Shown here: in pieces, positions 52,124-64,000 of the stretch
Numbering within the stretch: position 1 is the stretch's first letter
How the letters are laid out: every line of letters starts with the position of its first letter
Source of the DNA: Paragordius varius
Taxonomy: Eukaryota > Animalia > Nematomorpha
DNA: 64,000 bases
Direction of reading: 5' to 3'
Assembly (NCBI GenBank): GCA_964247055.1
Contig: OZ176052.1
Span: 7,502,001-7,566,000, forward strand
Notes under the pieces: model-generated
Seen by the model: only the letters and a program-made list of their open reading frames with translations
Database searches by the model: none
What the model was told of the DNA's origin: nothing
Translations under genes and position numbers: made by a program

Positions 52124-53529
52124 GTATCTGAAATCATGACTTATTCCATATGCCGTGGGTTTTCGAAAAATTGCCTCAAAACCAATAAGTCATTCTATGG
52201 TGGCGCATTTTTCAGTGAAAGGGCCTAATTAAGGGGTATATAAAAATCACTCTACTTAAATTTTTGCCTTGTAACGGGTAATATTTCAAGCCCTTGTTGA
52301 TCTCATATGGCTTGATAAGTTTACTAAAATTTGCCTCCAAAGCCACGCTGTATCGATATGGTTACGCAGTTGTAGGCGCCCCCTACCCAGAGGCCAATGT
52401 AAAAAAGAAGTTCGATAAAAATGTTTGCCTTTATAGGAGAATACCTGAAATCATCATGCATTCCATATGTTCTTAATAGTTTTTGGAAGAATGGCATCAA
52501 AACTGAATAATAATTGAATGATAGCGCATTTTTTAGGGCGTAAAGGGCCTAATTGACGGCTAATTTAAAAAACCGCTCGACTTCAATTTTTACCTTTTAC
52601 GGGAAATAATTCAGGCCCTCATCAAACTTATATGGCCTGATAAGTTTTCTGAAAATTAACTCCTAAACAACGCAATTTTGATAGTGCAGTTTTAGGCGGG
52701 TAGCTCCCTACCCACAGGCTGACACAAAAAAGTGCATTAAAATGTATACCTTTTTACGTAGAATTCCTGGAATCATGATTGATTCCATATGCATTCATTA
52801 GTTTTTGGAAAAAATGCTTCAAATTAAATGTTATTCTATGGTGGCGCATTTTTACAGGGCGTGGAGGGCCTAATTAACGGCTAAGTTTAAAAACCGCACG
52901 ACCTAAATTTTTGTCTTGCTACGGGTAATATTTTAAGCACCTAATGAACTCATATGGCCTGATAGGTTTTATGAAATTTAGCCCCAAAGGCCGCTATTTA
53001 GATGTGGCAAGCCAGTTTTTAGCGGGTATCTCCTTACCCAGCAGCCAATATAAAAAACGCACGACTAAAATTTTTGCCTGCTTAACAAGGAATACCTGGA
53101 ATCCTCATTGAATTTTTACGGTCTCATACCTTGGGGGAAAAATAGATATAAAAAAATTATTTTTGTGGACTTGTTTTTTTTAAAAAATGACATTTTACGG
53201 GGGGGAGCGGGTAAAAAGAGGGCCTAAATATAAAATGCTAGCCAACTATGTTCGGCGCAATCGAAAAAAAGTAAAAAAAAATATATTGAAGATCGAATGG
53301 TCCAACACGTTTTCCGGAAAGTTGTCTCAAAGACACGATTTTTTAACCCGTTTTTTACACGGGGTGTGCCCGAACTGGGGGCCTAATTCAAAAAAGGGCG
53401 AAGCTATTGTCGGGGCATTCATTAATGATTATATTTTTTCGACATTTGGATTTGAATGGGTCTACCGGTTTTCCGGAACAAATCACAAAGCCAGCATTTT
53501 CCATTTTATAAATATATAGATATAGATAT

Positions 53530-54083
53530 CCAATTTACTAAATTTGTTAAAAACCGCAATTTTTACCTGATTAAAATGTCTGAAATACTTAAAAATTATT
53601 AATAATTAACAATGCAAAACATAAAAGACAAAAATCTAAAATCTACTTAAATTTTCACAAATATATATTTACCTGTGTTTTTTTGATTAGTAATAACAAC
53701 TATATAAAATTATAATACCAATATTAATTAATACAGGTATTTAGCATGTTGAAAAATATTTATTATTTAGGAATAATTAACATAAAAAATCTTAAAATAC
53801 GTATTTTACTATTTATTAATTTATCAAAGATAAAAACCCACAAAACGCATCTAAATACGTAACAACAATATTACAAATGTTAACATAAATTGCTATGATA
53901 TTCCCAAAATTTTACATTACAAAATATCCATCAAAATAAAGCCTATGTTAATTCTCACGTCAATCCTCTTTCATATGTGTACTACGAAATAATTTCGTGG
54001 GTCAGTATTTTACGCAGTGGATAAACCATATATGTTTTTTGACTGGCAATAAAATTACTGAACATGCATTAAAATGCATACTG
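53530..54083. mobile_element. Solo, truncated terminus of the foldback family
   Basis: Diverged copy of the right-arm end (about 40290-40959), ending ATGCATACTG|TA at 54083. One repeat-bounded segment is deleted. It abuts the Helitron 5' end at 53520. Confidence 0.85.
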
Positions 54084-54089
54084 TATATT

Positions 54090-55690
54090 TAATCCATATC
54101 TCATATTTAAAAATTAGCTTTAAATTTTATTTTTATATCGTCGCGTATTTTACAGAAGATGGATTCCACACTGCGGCTTAAAAAAACCCACTTTTAATTT
54201 GTTATAGCCTCATAACTTAGACAAAATATGCTTAAAAATCTATTTTTGATGGCGGGATATTAATGTCAGTTTAGAGCGGATAAATAGTTTCTAAATAAAA
54301 ACGGCGCCTATGTTCGGCGCATTGCAAAAAAATTAAAGTTGAACGGGTCTACACTTTATTCGGAACCCTTATATGCCATTTTGCCGGGTTTTTATAAAAA
54401 CCACATTATTCACGTATGGGGCAAACTAATAGATTAATCCAAAAAAATGGTTCGACTTGTCGGCGCATTCATTGAATCAAAATGAATTTGAATGGGCCTA
54501 GACTTTGACCGCAAGTCGGCATTTTATATTTATTAGTATCTATACTCTATCACACGTCGTTGTAAAATAGTCAAGATGTAATTTTACATAAACAATAAAA
54601 TGGAGATAAAAAATTGGATATAAGATTATGAGTTGAAAGCTTGAAAATAAAAATATCTTTACCATTACTGCGCATGTTTTCTCATTATCATGCAAACGCT
54701 TAAAATATTAACACATAAAAGCTATCAGACAAAAATCTATAAAAAGTTTAATATTATCTCTAAATTTTTATCCAAAATGGGCCAAAAACAGATGTCGACT
54801 AGGCTCAGGGGCATTCAAAAATATTTTGTGCCTTTATCCTCCCGGAAAATTTTACGGATTTTTTAAATATTCATAAATATAGATATGGATAGTGAAGATG
54901 AAATTGGTTAAAAAAAATTGTTTTTTCGGGACATAGTTTTTTAGCAAAATAGATTTTAGAAGCGCGGCTAAACACAGCGGCTACAAAAAGCGCAAAATAA
55001 ACATTTTTTTCCATATAAAATATAACTCAAAGCATTGAATTGATATGTTTATATCGAATATTAACCTGAGAGCCATTTTGGTGATGCATTTTACAGAGGA
55101 TGAAGCTACTCCGCTACTTATTTAAAAAGGGCGGTGAGTCAAAAATTTTTCCATATGGGATATAACTAAGCATTATCTATTCCATATGTTCTCATGGCTT
55201 TTATGAAAGTTGATTCAGCCACTTTTTATATGGTGGCGTTTTAACATATGGTCGGGCCTTAAGCAGCGGCTATTTAAAAAAAGCGATGATTAAATTTTCA
55301 TAGTTAGAATACTAAAATTACCATTTATTTTTAAGCATAACTTGAACTAAAATTTGCTTCAAAATTTATATATTTTCACGGGAAGAGCTCTTAAATACAC
55401 GGGCATATAACGTGGTCCAAATATGAACGCCGCATTCGTAAAAATTATAAAAAAAATCCATATATATTTTAAAGGGAATGGTTTTCTAGGAGACTATCTC
55501 AAAAACACGATTTTTGGCTATTAATTTTTTAATCAATGTTTTCGCACACGGTGGGCTTACAACGAGGGGATTATTAAGTAGCCCGACTATAGTCATCGCA
55601 TTAAAAAATTTCCATTTTTTAATTAGATGGGCCTAGGCCTACACATTTCCGGAAAATCTCGAAGCCAATATTCTTATATTTATTATTCTT
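54090..55690 (-). repeat. Older, degenerate relatives of the Helitron family
   Basis: Recognisable remnants such as CCTATGTTCGGCGCATTG (54308), GTCGGCGCATTCATTGAAT...GAATTTGAATGGG (54460) and GGTGGCGTTTT/GCATTTTACAG repeat motifs. Boundaries are uncertain. Confidence 0.45.
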
Positions 55691-56281
55691 TTTTTAATCG
55701 GCCTTAGGTAGGGCTTCACCCCCAGTAAAAGGTATATAACGTGGTTTTTAAGCAAATTTTTGGATAAGTCAGGAGACCATATTGATTAGCTTTAGCTATT
55801 TCCAATATTAAAGCCAAAATATCCGTCTAGCGCTTTTTTAATAGCCATTGAGTATAATCAACCCTCTGAAAAAGGAGCCATTATATAAAAATAACTTGGC
55901 CTTAAAGTTCATTTTCGGATGTTAGAACCCTATATTGATTATATCATGGTTATAGCTATTTCTGGTGTAAAAATAAAAATCTTTATCCAGCGCTCTTCTT
56001 AGTTGTGGTATTGCTCCACCCTATGGTAAAAACCCCACCATATGAAAACGTGGATTCGATGCAAAATTCGTAGATAATATTTAGTTTTTTTTTATATTGA
56101 ATTTTGATATATTTATAAGGGATTTTTTCTCGCACATAAAATTATGCAACAAATATTCTAAAAACATTATACAATCACTAATGAATATTATTAGGTATTT
56201 TATCAAATATTGCATAGAATTGGAATTCATAATTTTTACAAAAATGTAATAATTTAATATGTGCATTTATATACAAATAGG

Positions 56282-57258
56282 TCATATTACTTCATCTTCA
56301 TTATCTCGTATTTTGGGTAAATTTAATGATGATTGTTTTTGTCGCCGCCGGCTGTTATTTTGATAAAAGGCTAAGGTTTGATTTAATTTAAGTTCGCGAA
56401 TCCCGCATTCGCGCAATTTTAACTTTAAATTTATTGAATCCTTTTTATATTTATCTATCGATTGATACAATGCCTGAGTTTTGTTTTTCAGTTCCTGTTG
56501 AAATTTTTGCGTGAGAGTTACCTTTAGGGTTCGTTTTTCGTTTTGCCAGCCTTTAGTATCACGTGTACGTAATTGTGTTAATTCGCCTACTTTAGCATGA
56601 TCTTTGGTTAAAGCTGCGGAACAGGTTTTTAATTTTTCCTCCAACGCGTTTTTACTTTTAATGCAATCATCAGACGATTTTTGTGATACATCACGTTCTC
56701 GCTCCACCAAACTTTTCAAACTCATCTTGAATGTAATATAAAATACATTATAAACAAAATGATGAGAAAAGTAAGCCTCAAAAGAGTTTTTTGCAGAGTT
56801 TGAATTATTCTACAAATACATGGAACCGGTTTCGAAATCGCATAATAAGAAGATGAATAGTATTCCTATTGCGATAATCATTATAGAGCCGATTTAAATA
56901 TATAAAAAAGAAACTAAAACCGATTCTGATTATCAGTACCGTTTTGAATCCAGTTACTTTTATCTTTGACAAAGGTAAATGCTGTTTAAAACTATATAAT
57001 TAGGATTAATCTATATATTACCCTTTGATCATACAGAATTTCCATTTGAGAATTCAAACTTCTTTTATCTGCCACACAATGGCGTACAAGCAATTTAAGT
57101 TCTTGAATTCTAAGGTATGCTTTTACGAAAGCCACCAAAAGTATGATTATACACACATAGTTTAAGGTTAATTGTGTACTGTGCGCTCGTATTCTATTTT
57201 TTCTGTGATTGAGTGTTCGCTTTTTATCATACATATTGATACTATCATCGCTTAACAT
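56282..57258 (-). CDS. Type II membrane coiled-coil protein resembling the GOLIM4 N-terminal region (2 exons, about 226 aa)
   Basis: First in-frame ATG at 57258; exons 57258-57022 and 56725-56282 join in phase 0. A basic N-tail is followed by one TM (YVCIIILLVAFVKAYL), then SLNSQMEILYDQR|MSLKSLVERER, which resembles GOLIM4 SLSAQLQVVYEHRSRLEKSLQKER as I recall it, then a heptad-rich region. Confidence 0.65.
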
Positions 57259-58359
57259 AATGCCGGTTTCATAAATGCATTTATTTCCACATAGACCCAA
57301 TAAAAGGTGTCGGAGTTATAGATGGTGCGAAATGGATATTAAAGGGTTGTCGGAATATATTTTAAATCTCTTTTGTCACGTTTCGAACTCCAAGAAGGGA
57401 GTTAGTTTTAATCATAGTCATTTTATTATTATGCCGTTAATATAGAAAAATAGAAAATTATTTTCATATTATACAGGTTAAAAGAATATCGAAAAAATTG
57501 GCAGTAAAAGAATTTTTGCCAACAAGTTAGTTTATATTGCGAAAAATACCGGACTATGTGTCAAATTGCTGGAACTATAAGGAAATATTCTATTTTATAA
57601 TACATCGGTTCCGCAGGACATGGCGATCACAGTATATATTATGGATAAGATATAAGGATGCAAAAATAACGAAAAATGGATATAATTAAATAAAAAAAAT
57701 CATAAATGTTAAACGTAACAAAATTTAAAACCAATTAACCAATTTACTCTCTAAATTACTTTGTTAAAAATAAATTACTTGTTTAAATTAAAGTATTATG
57801 CAAATAAATTTTTAACTTTATTACAAATATTTGAAAGCGTAAATTTAAGTTATTATTAACCGCAAAACATTTTGTAAATATTATATAGTGGTGATGTCCA
57901 AAGCCTTGCTCTCTCCAAAAGAGCTACCAATAAAATAATGAAAGTATAAAAATTTGATATTTTAAATGTGAATAATTTTTTAGGATAACTAATCAAAATA
58001 TCATATTTTTAATATAAAAATTTTATTAAAGTTACCTGGTAAAAATAAAATTTGGTTTTAATTTAATAAATTATCTGCTTTTATCGATGGAAAAGAATGA
58101 CGTATTAATACTATTTTTCATTATTATATTGTCAAATGAGGATAGATTCAAGCTATCACATTTGGGATTTTTCACTTTTGACAATAAAAAAAATAATTTT
58201 TGGATATCTCAAAACTAATATCACGGAAATAATAAATTTTTTATATACTCATTTTTATCGACTTAGAACGGTATCATTTTTGTTGAATCGAATCAAGATA
58301 TGTATTTTTCGGCATATTATTTGCGTCCACAGTGTTACAAGCTACAAGATTTATGTTTA

Positions 58360-58648
58360 AAGGGGGAATGTCCAACACATATGGCTTTGCGGGCCGCATT
58401 TTTAGAACAGCAGCCGCATTCGAAAAGTATATGGGCATTGACAAATATTTTAGTAGATTGTAAACAAAACTATTATTTATATTAACATTTTTGATAGTTC
58501 ATTGCCAATATTTGGAAAGATTTATTGAGAAAATTAGTTTAAGAAAATCAATTTTCCTACATTTTGTTAAATTTTGGATAAATTTTTAGCGGGCTGCAAA
58601 AATATTTTAAAGGGCCGCATGCGGCCCGCAGAGCCTTGAACAGCCCTG
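58360..58648. mobile_element. hAT (Buster-like) MITE
   Basis: Left end GGGGAATGTCCAACAC, GCGGGCCGCA motifs at both ends, right end CAGCCCTG. Same family as 2098, 6461 and 36087. The TSD is not clear. Confidence 0.6.
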
Positions 58649-59958
58649 GTTTGTGTGCGTGTTAAAAGCTGGTCGCTCTTAGCTTTATAAATAGGCTTTT
58701 TCCATCTCGGACGATCTTAGACTTTTGTTATTTAGGTAAGGGTAAGGCTTGTAACTGATTTAAGGATATCGAGCCACCGCTTTTTAAGGCGGTTTCTTTT
58801 GCGATACCGTTGACCAACCCAAGGAGAATGTTTTTCGCAGGGAATCGGATCGTAGAATGTGGCCTAGATATTTTAATTTCTTGTAGATTACCAGATCGTA
58901 AAGCAAAAATTCTGGTTTGATGAAGTTAAGTATTAGAGATGGCGGCTTTCCAGGAAAAACCGAAAATATTCCGGAAGAACTACATTTGATAGAGTTATAT
59001 AATATGATACCACATTAAAATAAATGCCCTCATGAAATACACATATTCAATATAAAATTGTACGGATTTTCATGGTGCTTTTGGTTATGAGTCATATGAA
59101 AAAGGATTTTACTTTCATAGTAATTGCCGCATATTGAAAAAGCAAAATTAGCCCATATTATGTTAAATTTAAATTTTGGTAAAGTTTTTAAAAATTTAAA
59201 AATTAAATCAAACTGTATTCAAAAACAATCTCCCACAGTTGAGGGGGTGGCCGGATTTTATATTTTTTAATTTTATTTCAAAACTATAGGTATTTCAAAG
59301 TTATTTTTTTAAATAAACATAAAACAATCACCCATTTATAATTGGTCATGACCACGGTTTGGATTTGATTATTTTTTTAATGCAAGGGTTGCATGGAGCG
59401 GAAGGGGCGCCCGAATTCCTGCACCGGGTGCCAGAAATGCTTTAGTTTTATATGTGGCATTAAATTTTAAACACAATAGGCTGTTTACTAAAATAAACGA
59501 ATAGCCTTAAAATATGTTTTAAAAGGATATATTTTGTTAATTTATAAGTTTCGACAAAATTATGTTAAACCGTATTTTTAATGAACAGTGTACCACCGTT
59601 TAGTAAAATTTTGTTAAGGCGTTTATGTTTTGTATCATTAGAGAAACGGTATAAAACACTCAAATATAATAATTAATTTATATGATTATACTGCTAAAAA
59701 TACCATAACCAAATAATGTCAGCCACAAATGTATATTTTTGAAACACATTTATAATTTATATGAAGAAGACTGGATTCCTAAATCGTAAATCAGAGATGA
59801 TAATCTTGAAAGGCATTTATTTAATGTTTCATATCATTAGAGAAATTTTTGTAAATTTTTTCCTACTTCCAAATGTCTTACGCTTTAACAAAATTGTTTT
59901 ATAAAAAATATACAGCTTAGAGCCTATTTTTTCTTTTTTTATTAAAGGGTAAGGACCT

Positions 59959-60068
59959 AAATTGTATTCGGACATGAGAAGGCTTTAACACTCGTCTGGC
60001 CAGGGCTGACAGTACTGTTGTAAAAATTCGGCAGTTCCGGGGTTTGAACTCTGGCACCCAGTGTAAGA
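59959..60068 (-). mobile_element. tRNA-derived SINE, 5'-truncated
   Basis: The minus strand reads TCTTACACTGGGTGCCAGAGTTCAAACCCCGG (B-box-like GTTCAAAC), then a body homologous to 6370-6436. Confidence 0.6.
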
Positions 60069-62297
60069 TACCATTTATAATATCACCAAATAATTTGATT
60101 TACATTGTACAATTATTTCAAGAAATGACTGGGATGCCTTACAGTACTGCTTTTTGAAATGATGAAATAATATTTCATATATAATAGTGTGCCAAACTTA
60201 AGGTCGTTCCAAATTCGAAAAAAATATGAGAAGTGAAATTAACTGAAAAAACCGTTTTTTTGCTATGAAATTTTCATTTATAAATCCGATTGAAACTTTG
60301 AAAATCAATAGGATATAGTAAGCTATTTAGTGTGTTCCAATATGCACCGGCATTTATATTAAAGCGTCTAAAACACTAGTCGACAAATTTAAACATTTTT
60401 GAGCACCACCACTCAAAATTTTAAATTATGACTAATTTCAGGGTTCCAAAACCGAATCTGAAAAAATTTTTGATCCCCCAATCTGAATTTTGAGATATTG
60501 TAGGTTTTTCAATTTTTCAAAAACAAGAGAAAATCGAGAGAAAATTTAATATAACTTTATAATAAATAGTTATTATATTATCATATTAATTTCATTTAAT
60601 AAAGCGTGTTAAACTCTATGTTTTGAATATAAATATGTCATTTAGATATCAGGGAGAAAAAAATAGTATGGATATAAACGTCAAAATTTAGTCTTTTTTT
60701 AAAGTTAATTTTAAACACGTATAAATTTATATAAAAAAAATACTAACCTTCTATGGTTTAAATCTTCGCAGATAGGCTATATTTATTTTGTTGGATTTTG
60801 TTATTTCTACTACTTATTAGCTACTTTCTCTCCGGTTGATTCTTACAAAAAATATTCTTACTTATACCTAGTGGATATTATTTATCTCTAAAATGATTGG
60901 CTGAATTTTATTTGAATTTCAGTTATGTTTGGCCTGGATTATGGAAATATACCATTATAATTTTATAAACTGCCATCATTGAACTTATCTAATCTTCTTA
61001 TCCGATTACATGGTCAAATCTGTCTAACTCTATTCTGTGAATTGGTTCATGTCATTTTTAGATTTTGCTGAAGCTACTACCTTATATTGAACCTGACTCC
61101 TACCGGGCTTTAATTACATTATTGTATACCTTTGCCATATCTGGCATGATTATAGGATTGGTTCGGAGATTTTTGCAAGGCTTATGCAAGCCACCGGGAT
61201 ATACCCACATACCATATATAAGCCCTTTTTGATTTTTAATACTCTTTGGCTCTTAGCAATATATTTTAATTCTATATTCTTGAAGTTTTATATCCTATTT
61301 TATTTAATACATATAATTTTTAATTAATATATCCTATAAATTGATATTTATTTATTGTATATTGTCGATTTCTTTGTCAATAACATTTTCTGCAGAGTCT
61401 TCGTTAATAAAATAATCTTCTGTAGTATCGTATACTGGGTCTGGTATATTTAAATCATTTTTGCTTTTTAGTTCTAAAATTATAATAAAAAACCTGGCTT
61501 TGGAATTCCACTTGTATTGACTTGCTCGTTTAAATATTTAAATATATGTGCACGAGGAATAATTGTTTTTTTAATATTAAATGCAAAATTTAAAATAAAA
61601 TTTTTAAAAGATCCTATTGGGGGCCTCAATTTTTGTTTTGTTTTGGCCTTTCCATGCCATTAGGTAACAGAAAATGCAAAAAATGGGGTGGTGCAAAACC
61701 TTGTTAACCAGTGAAATGCAAAAAAATTTTTTAAAACAATATTTATTATAAATTAAAATTTGTTTATGGAGGCTGTTAGATAGGTACTTAACTAAAGTAT
61801 CATGGTAAACGCTTATTTGCACATTAGCCTAATTTTTCTTGTGCGAAATCGGGCGTAAATCTTGCCTCAGGATATCACCCCCAGCTTAATTTGACCGTTT
61901 TAATATCTACACAACAAAAATACATACAAGGATAATAAAATTGACAATAAAAAAAATTTCTCACTTTTTCCTTATATGCTTAAAAACAATTTATTTACAT
62001 TATACGTGATCAAAATACAAACGAAAAATTCTAAATTCTTATCACTTATAACAATTATTATAATTATCATTGTTATCTATTTATTTTCCAAGTTTATTCT
62101 AGCTTTTATCAGTTTTTCTCATTCATTCAAAAAATGCACGAAATTACCTTAGTAAAATATTCCAATTCGAAATTCTTAGGATTCGTATCTTATTTTATTT
62201 CATTTTTATTAATTGATATATATTTATATATTTTTTTTTCTTTAATTATTATTATATTTTTGGTTAAAATTTTTGATTCTTTTTTAGATTATTATTA

Positions 62298-63004
62298 TCT
62301 ATATATTTATAAAAATGGAAAATGCTGGCTTTGTGATCTGGTACAGGAAACCGGTAGACCCAATCAAATCCAAATATCAAAAAAATATAATCATTAATAA
62401 ATGTCCCGACAAAAGCTTCGCCTTTTTTTGAATTCCCCAGTTCGGGCCCACTTCGTGTGAAAAACGGGTTTTTTTGAAAACAAAAGTCCACAAAAATCGT
62501 GTTTTTGAGCCAATATCCCGGGTGTTGGACCATTCAATTTCAAATATGATTTTTGTTTACTTATTTTCGATTGCGCCGAACATAGTCGAGTCACTTTTTT
62601 GATTTAGGTCCTCTTTTTACCCGCTCCCCCCGTAAAATGCCATTTTTTTCAAAAAAAAAGTCCACAAAAATATTTTTTTGATTGTATTTTTTTGTCCAAG
62701 GTATGAGACTGTAAAAATTCGAGAAGGATTTTTCGTAATGCCTGTTAAAAGGCAAAAATTTTAGTCAGGCGTTTCTTTGATGATAGCTGCTGAGTAAGGA
62801 GTATCTATCATATGTATAGCATGTTAAAAGATATATGGATATTAAAACATTATTTATGGTAATCTATATATTTATAAAAATGGAAAATGCTGGCTTTGTG
62901 ATCTACAGGAAAAACGGTAGACCCATTCAAATCCAAACTTCGAATTTCCCCCAGAAGTCCGAAGAACTTCCTCGGGCTGCGTAGCAGCACGAGATTCACG
63001 CTAG
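62298..63004 (+). mobile_element. Tandem/composite non-autonomous Helitron
   Basis: 5' end A|TCTATATATTTAT at 62298. A long-form body runs to about 62812. A second 5' end at 62863 begins a 142-bp internally deleted copy that ends with the intact hairpin and CTAG|T at 63004. Confidence 0.88.
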
Positions 63005-63117
63005 TTATTATTATATTTTTGGTTAAAATTTTTGATTCTTTTTTAGTTGCTTTACATATTAGTTACTATATATCTTAGTGTTTATTTTCATCTATATTAT
63101 TCTTCTTTATTGTATTT

Positions 63118-64000
63118 TTGTTTTTTATGAGTGTTTTTTGTAAGGCGTGCAGGCCAGACCCGGCCAGTCGCTGCACGGAGGTAGGGGCCAATAGGGATAA
63201 GGAAGGTTGTAGAATGTGTTTTGCCAGTATAAATGTTGGTTCGTTAAAAAGTAAGTTATATGATTTAGTTGAAACTATGAGGGTAAAAAAAGTAAATTTT
63301 TTGTGCATTCAGGAGACCAGATACCGTGGAAATGGTACTAAGACGTTAGAGGGTAATTAAAAAATGTTTTATTCAGGTTCTACGGATGGTTACTGTGGGG
63401 TTGCCATAATAGTGTGCCCAAGATTTTCCAATCAAGTAATTGAGGTTAGACGTGCTGACAGTAGAATCATAAGTGTCGACCTATTGTTAAATAAGAGGGT
63501 TTTTACTATATTTAGCGTTTATGCCCCCCAGATAGGTTTAACCAAACCGGAGAAAGATAAATTTTATGATTTGTTAGACGCAGAAATGACTTCATTAACG
63601 AAAGACAGAGAAATTATATTTTGTGGTGATTTCAACGGGCACGTGGGACAAAATAGGAGAGGTTTTGAGCCTTGGCACGGCGGAAAAGGTTACGGGGTTA
63701 TAAATGAAGAAGGGGCTAGTTTATTAAGATTTGCCCAATCTTATAACTTTGCTATAACAAATACTTTTTTTACGAAAAGGGATAGCCACTTAATTACCTA
63801 CGAAAGTGGAAATAAGAAGTCACAAATTGATTATATTCTAGTGCCACGAAAGTCTTTAAAGTTTGTTTTGGACTGCAAAGTGATACCTAACTTGCAGATT
63901 AGCACACAACACAATTTAATTATGTGTAAATATATGACAGATATACAATGCCAAAAAGCCTAAGCTTATAGCGCCGAAGGTAATTAAATGGGATTCTCTA
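63118..64000 (+). pseudogene. RTE-clade LINE, APE endonuclease domain, interrupted; runs off the window
   Basis: EEP motifs FASINVGSL, LCIQETRY, GVAIIV, FSVYAPQ, GDFNGHVG, ITNTFF and SQIDYIL. There is an in-frame stop at 63358-63360 and a stop/frameshift near 63961. Confidence 0.92.

Larger units (their letters stand above)
48735..53520 (-). mobile_element. Long-form non-autonomous Helitron with internal degenerate tandem repeats and a nested hAT element
   Basis: The family 5' end (TCTATATATTTAT) is at 53520. A Helitron-type 3' end (AACG-AAG-CGTT hairpin ... GGGTCATCTAGCTAG|T) is at 48735. Degenerate units of about 320 bp (GGCGCATTTT...GGGCCTAATT at 52203, 52522, 52844) continue on both sides of the hAT insertion. 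Linking the two ends into one element is inference. Confidence 0.6.

Overview
This is a 64-kb window of a very AT-rich, intron-rich animal (metazoan) genome. It is not prokaryotic, so most ORFs in the track are single exons or repeat-derived noise. Genes I could reconstruct by hand with GT-AG splicing, in window order: (1) the 3' part of a natriuretic-peptide-receptor-type transmembrane guanylyl cyclase (+, to 7484); (2) a complete importin-7 of about 30 exons (-, 22172-8182); (3) an orphan multi-pass membrane protein gene, head-to-head with importin-7; (4) an orphan single-pass protein gene; (5) an S1 (trypsin-fold) serine protease; (6) a three-dsRBD TRBP/PACT/Loquacious-like gene (-, 47150-35280); (7) ARV1, whose ATG is only 26 bp from the ATG of gene 6; (8) a GOLIM4-like type II coiled-coil protein. 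Introns and spacers carry non-autonomous Helitrons, Buster-type hAT MITEs, a decayed hAT transposon, a mariner relic, RTE-clade LINE fragments and a tRNA-derived SINE. Three observations stand out. First, at least 13 spliceosomal introns of only 21-31 nt, most of them needed to keep the reading frame, sit in the same genes as kilobase TE-filled introns. Second, a 4.7-kb foldback transposon with arms over 2 kb lies inside the last intron of the dsRNA-binding-protein gene, so that pre-mRNA should fold into a very long dsRNA hairpin. Third, two divergent gene pairs have start codons only 26 and 77 bp apart. Exon boundaries were read by eye and need RNA-seq confirmation. The taxon cannot be fixed from this window; tiny introns plus AT richness suggest a reduced parasite lineage such as a myxozoan or dicyemid (inference only).
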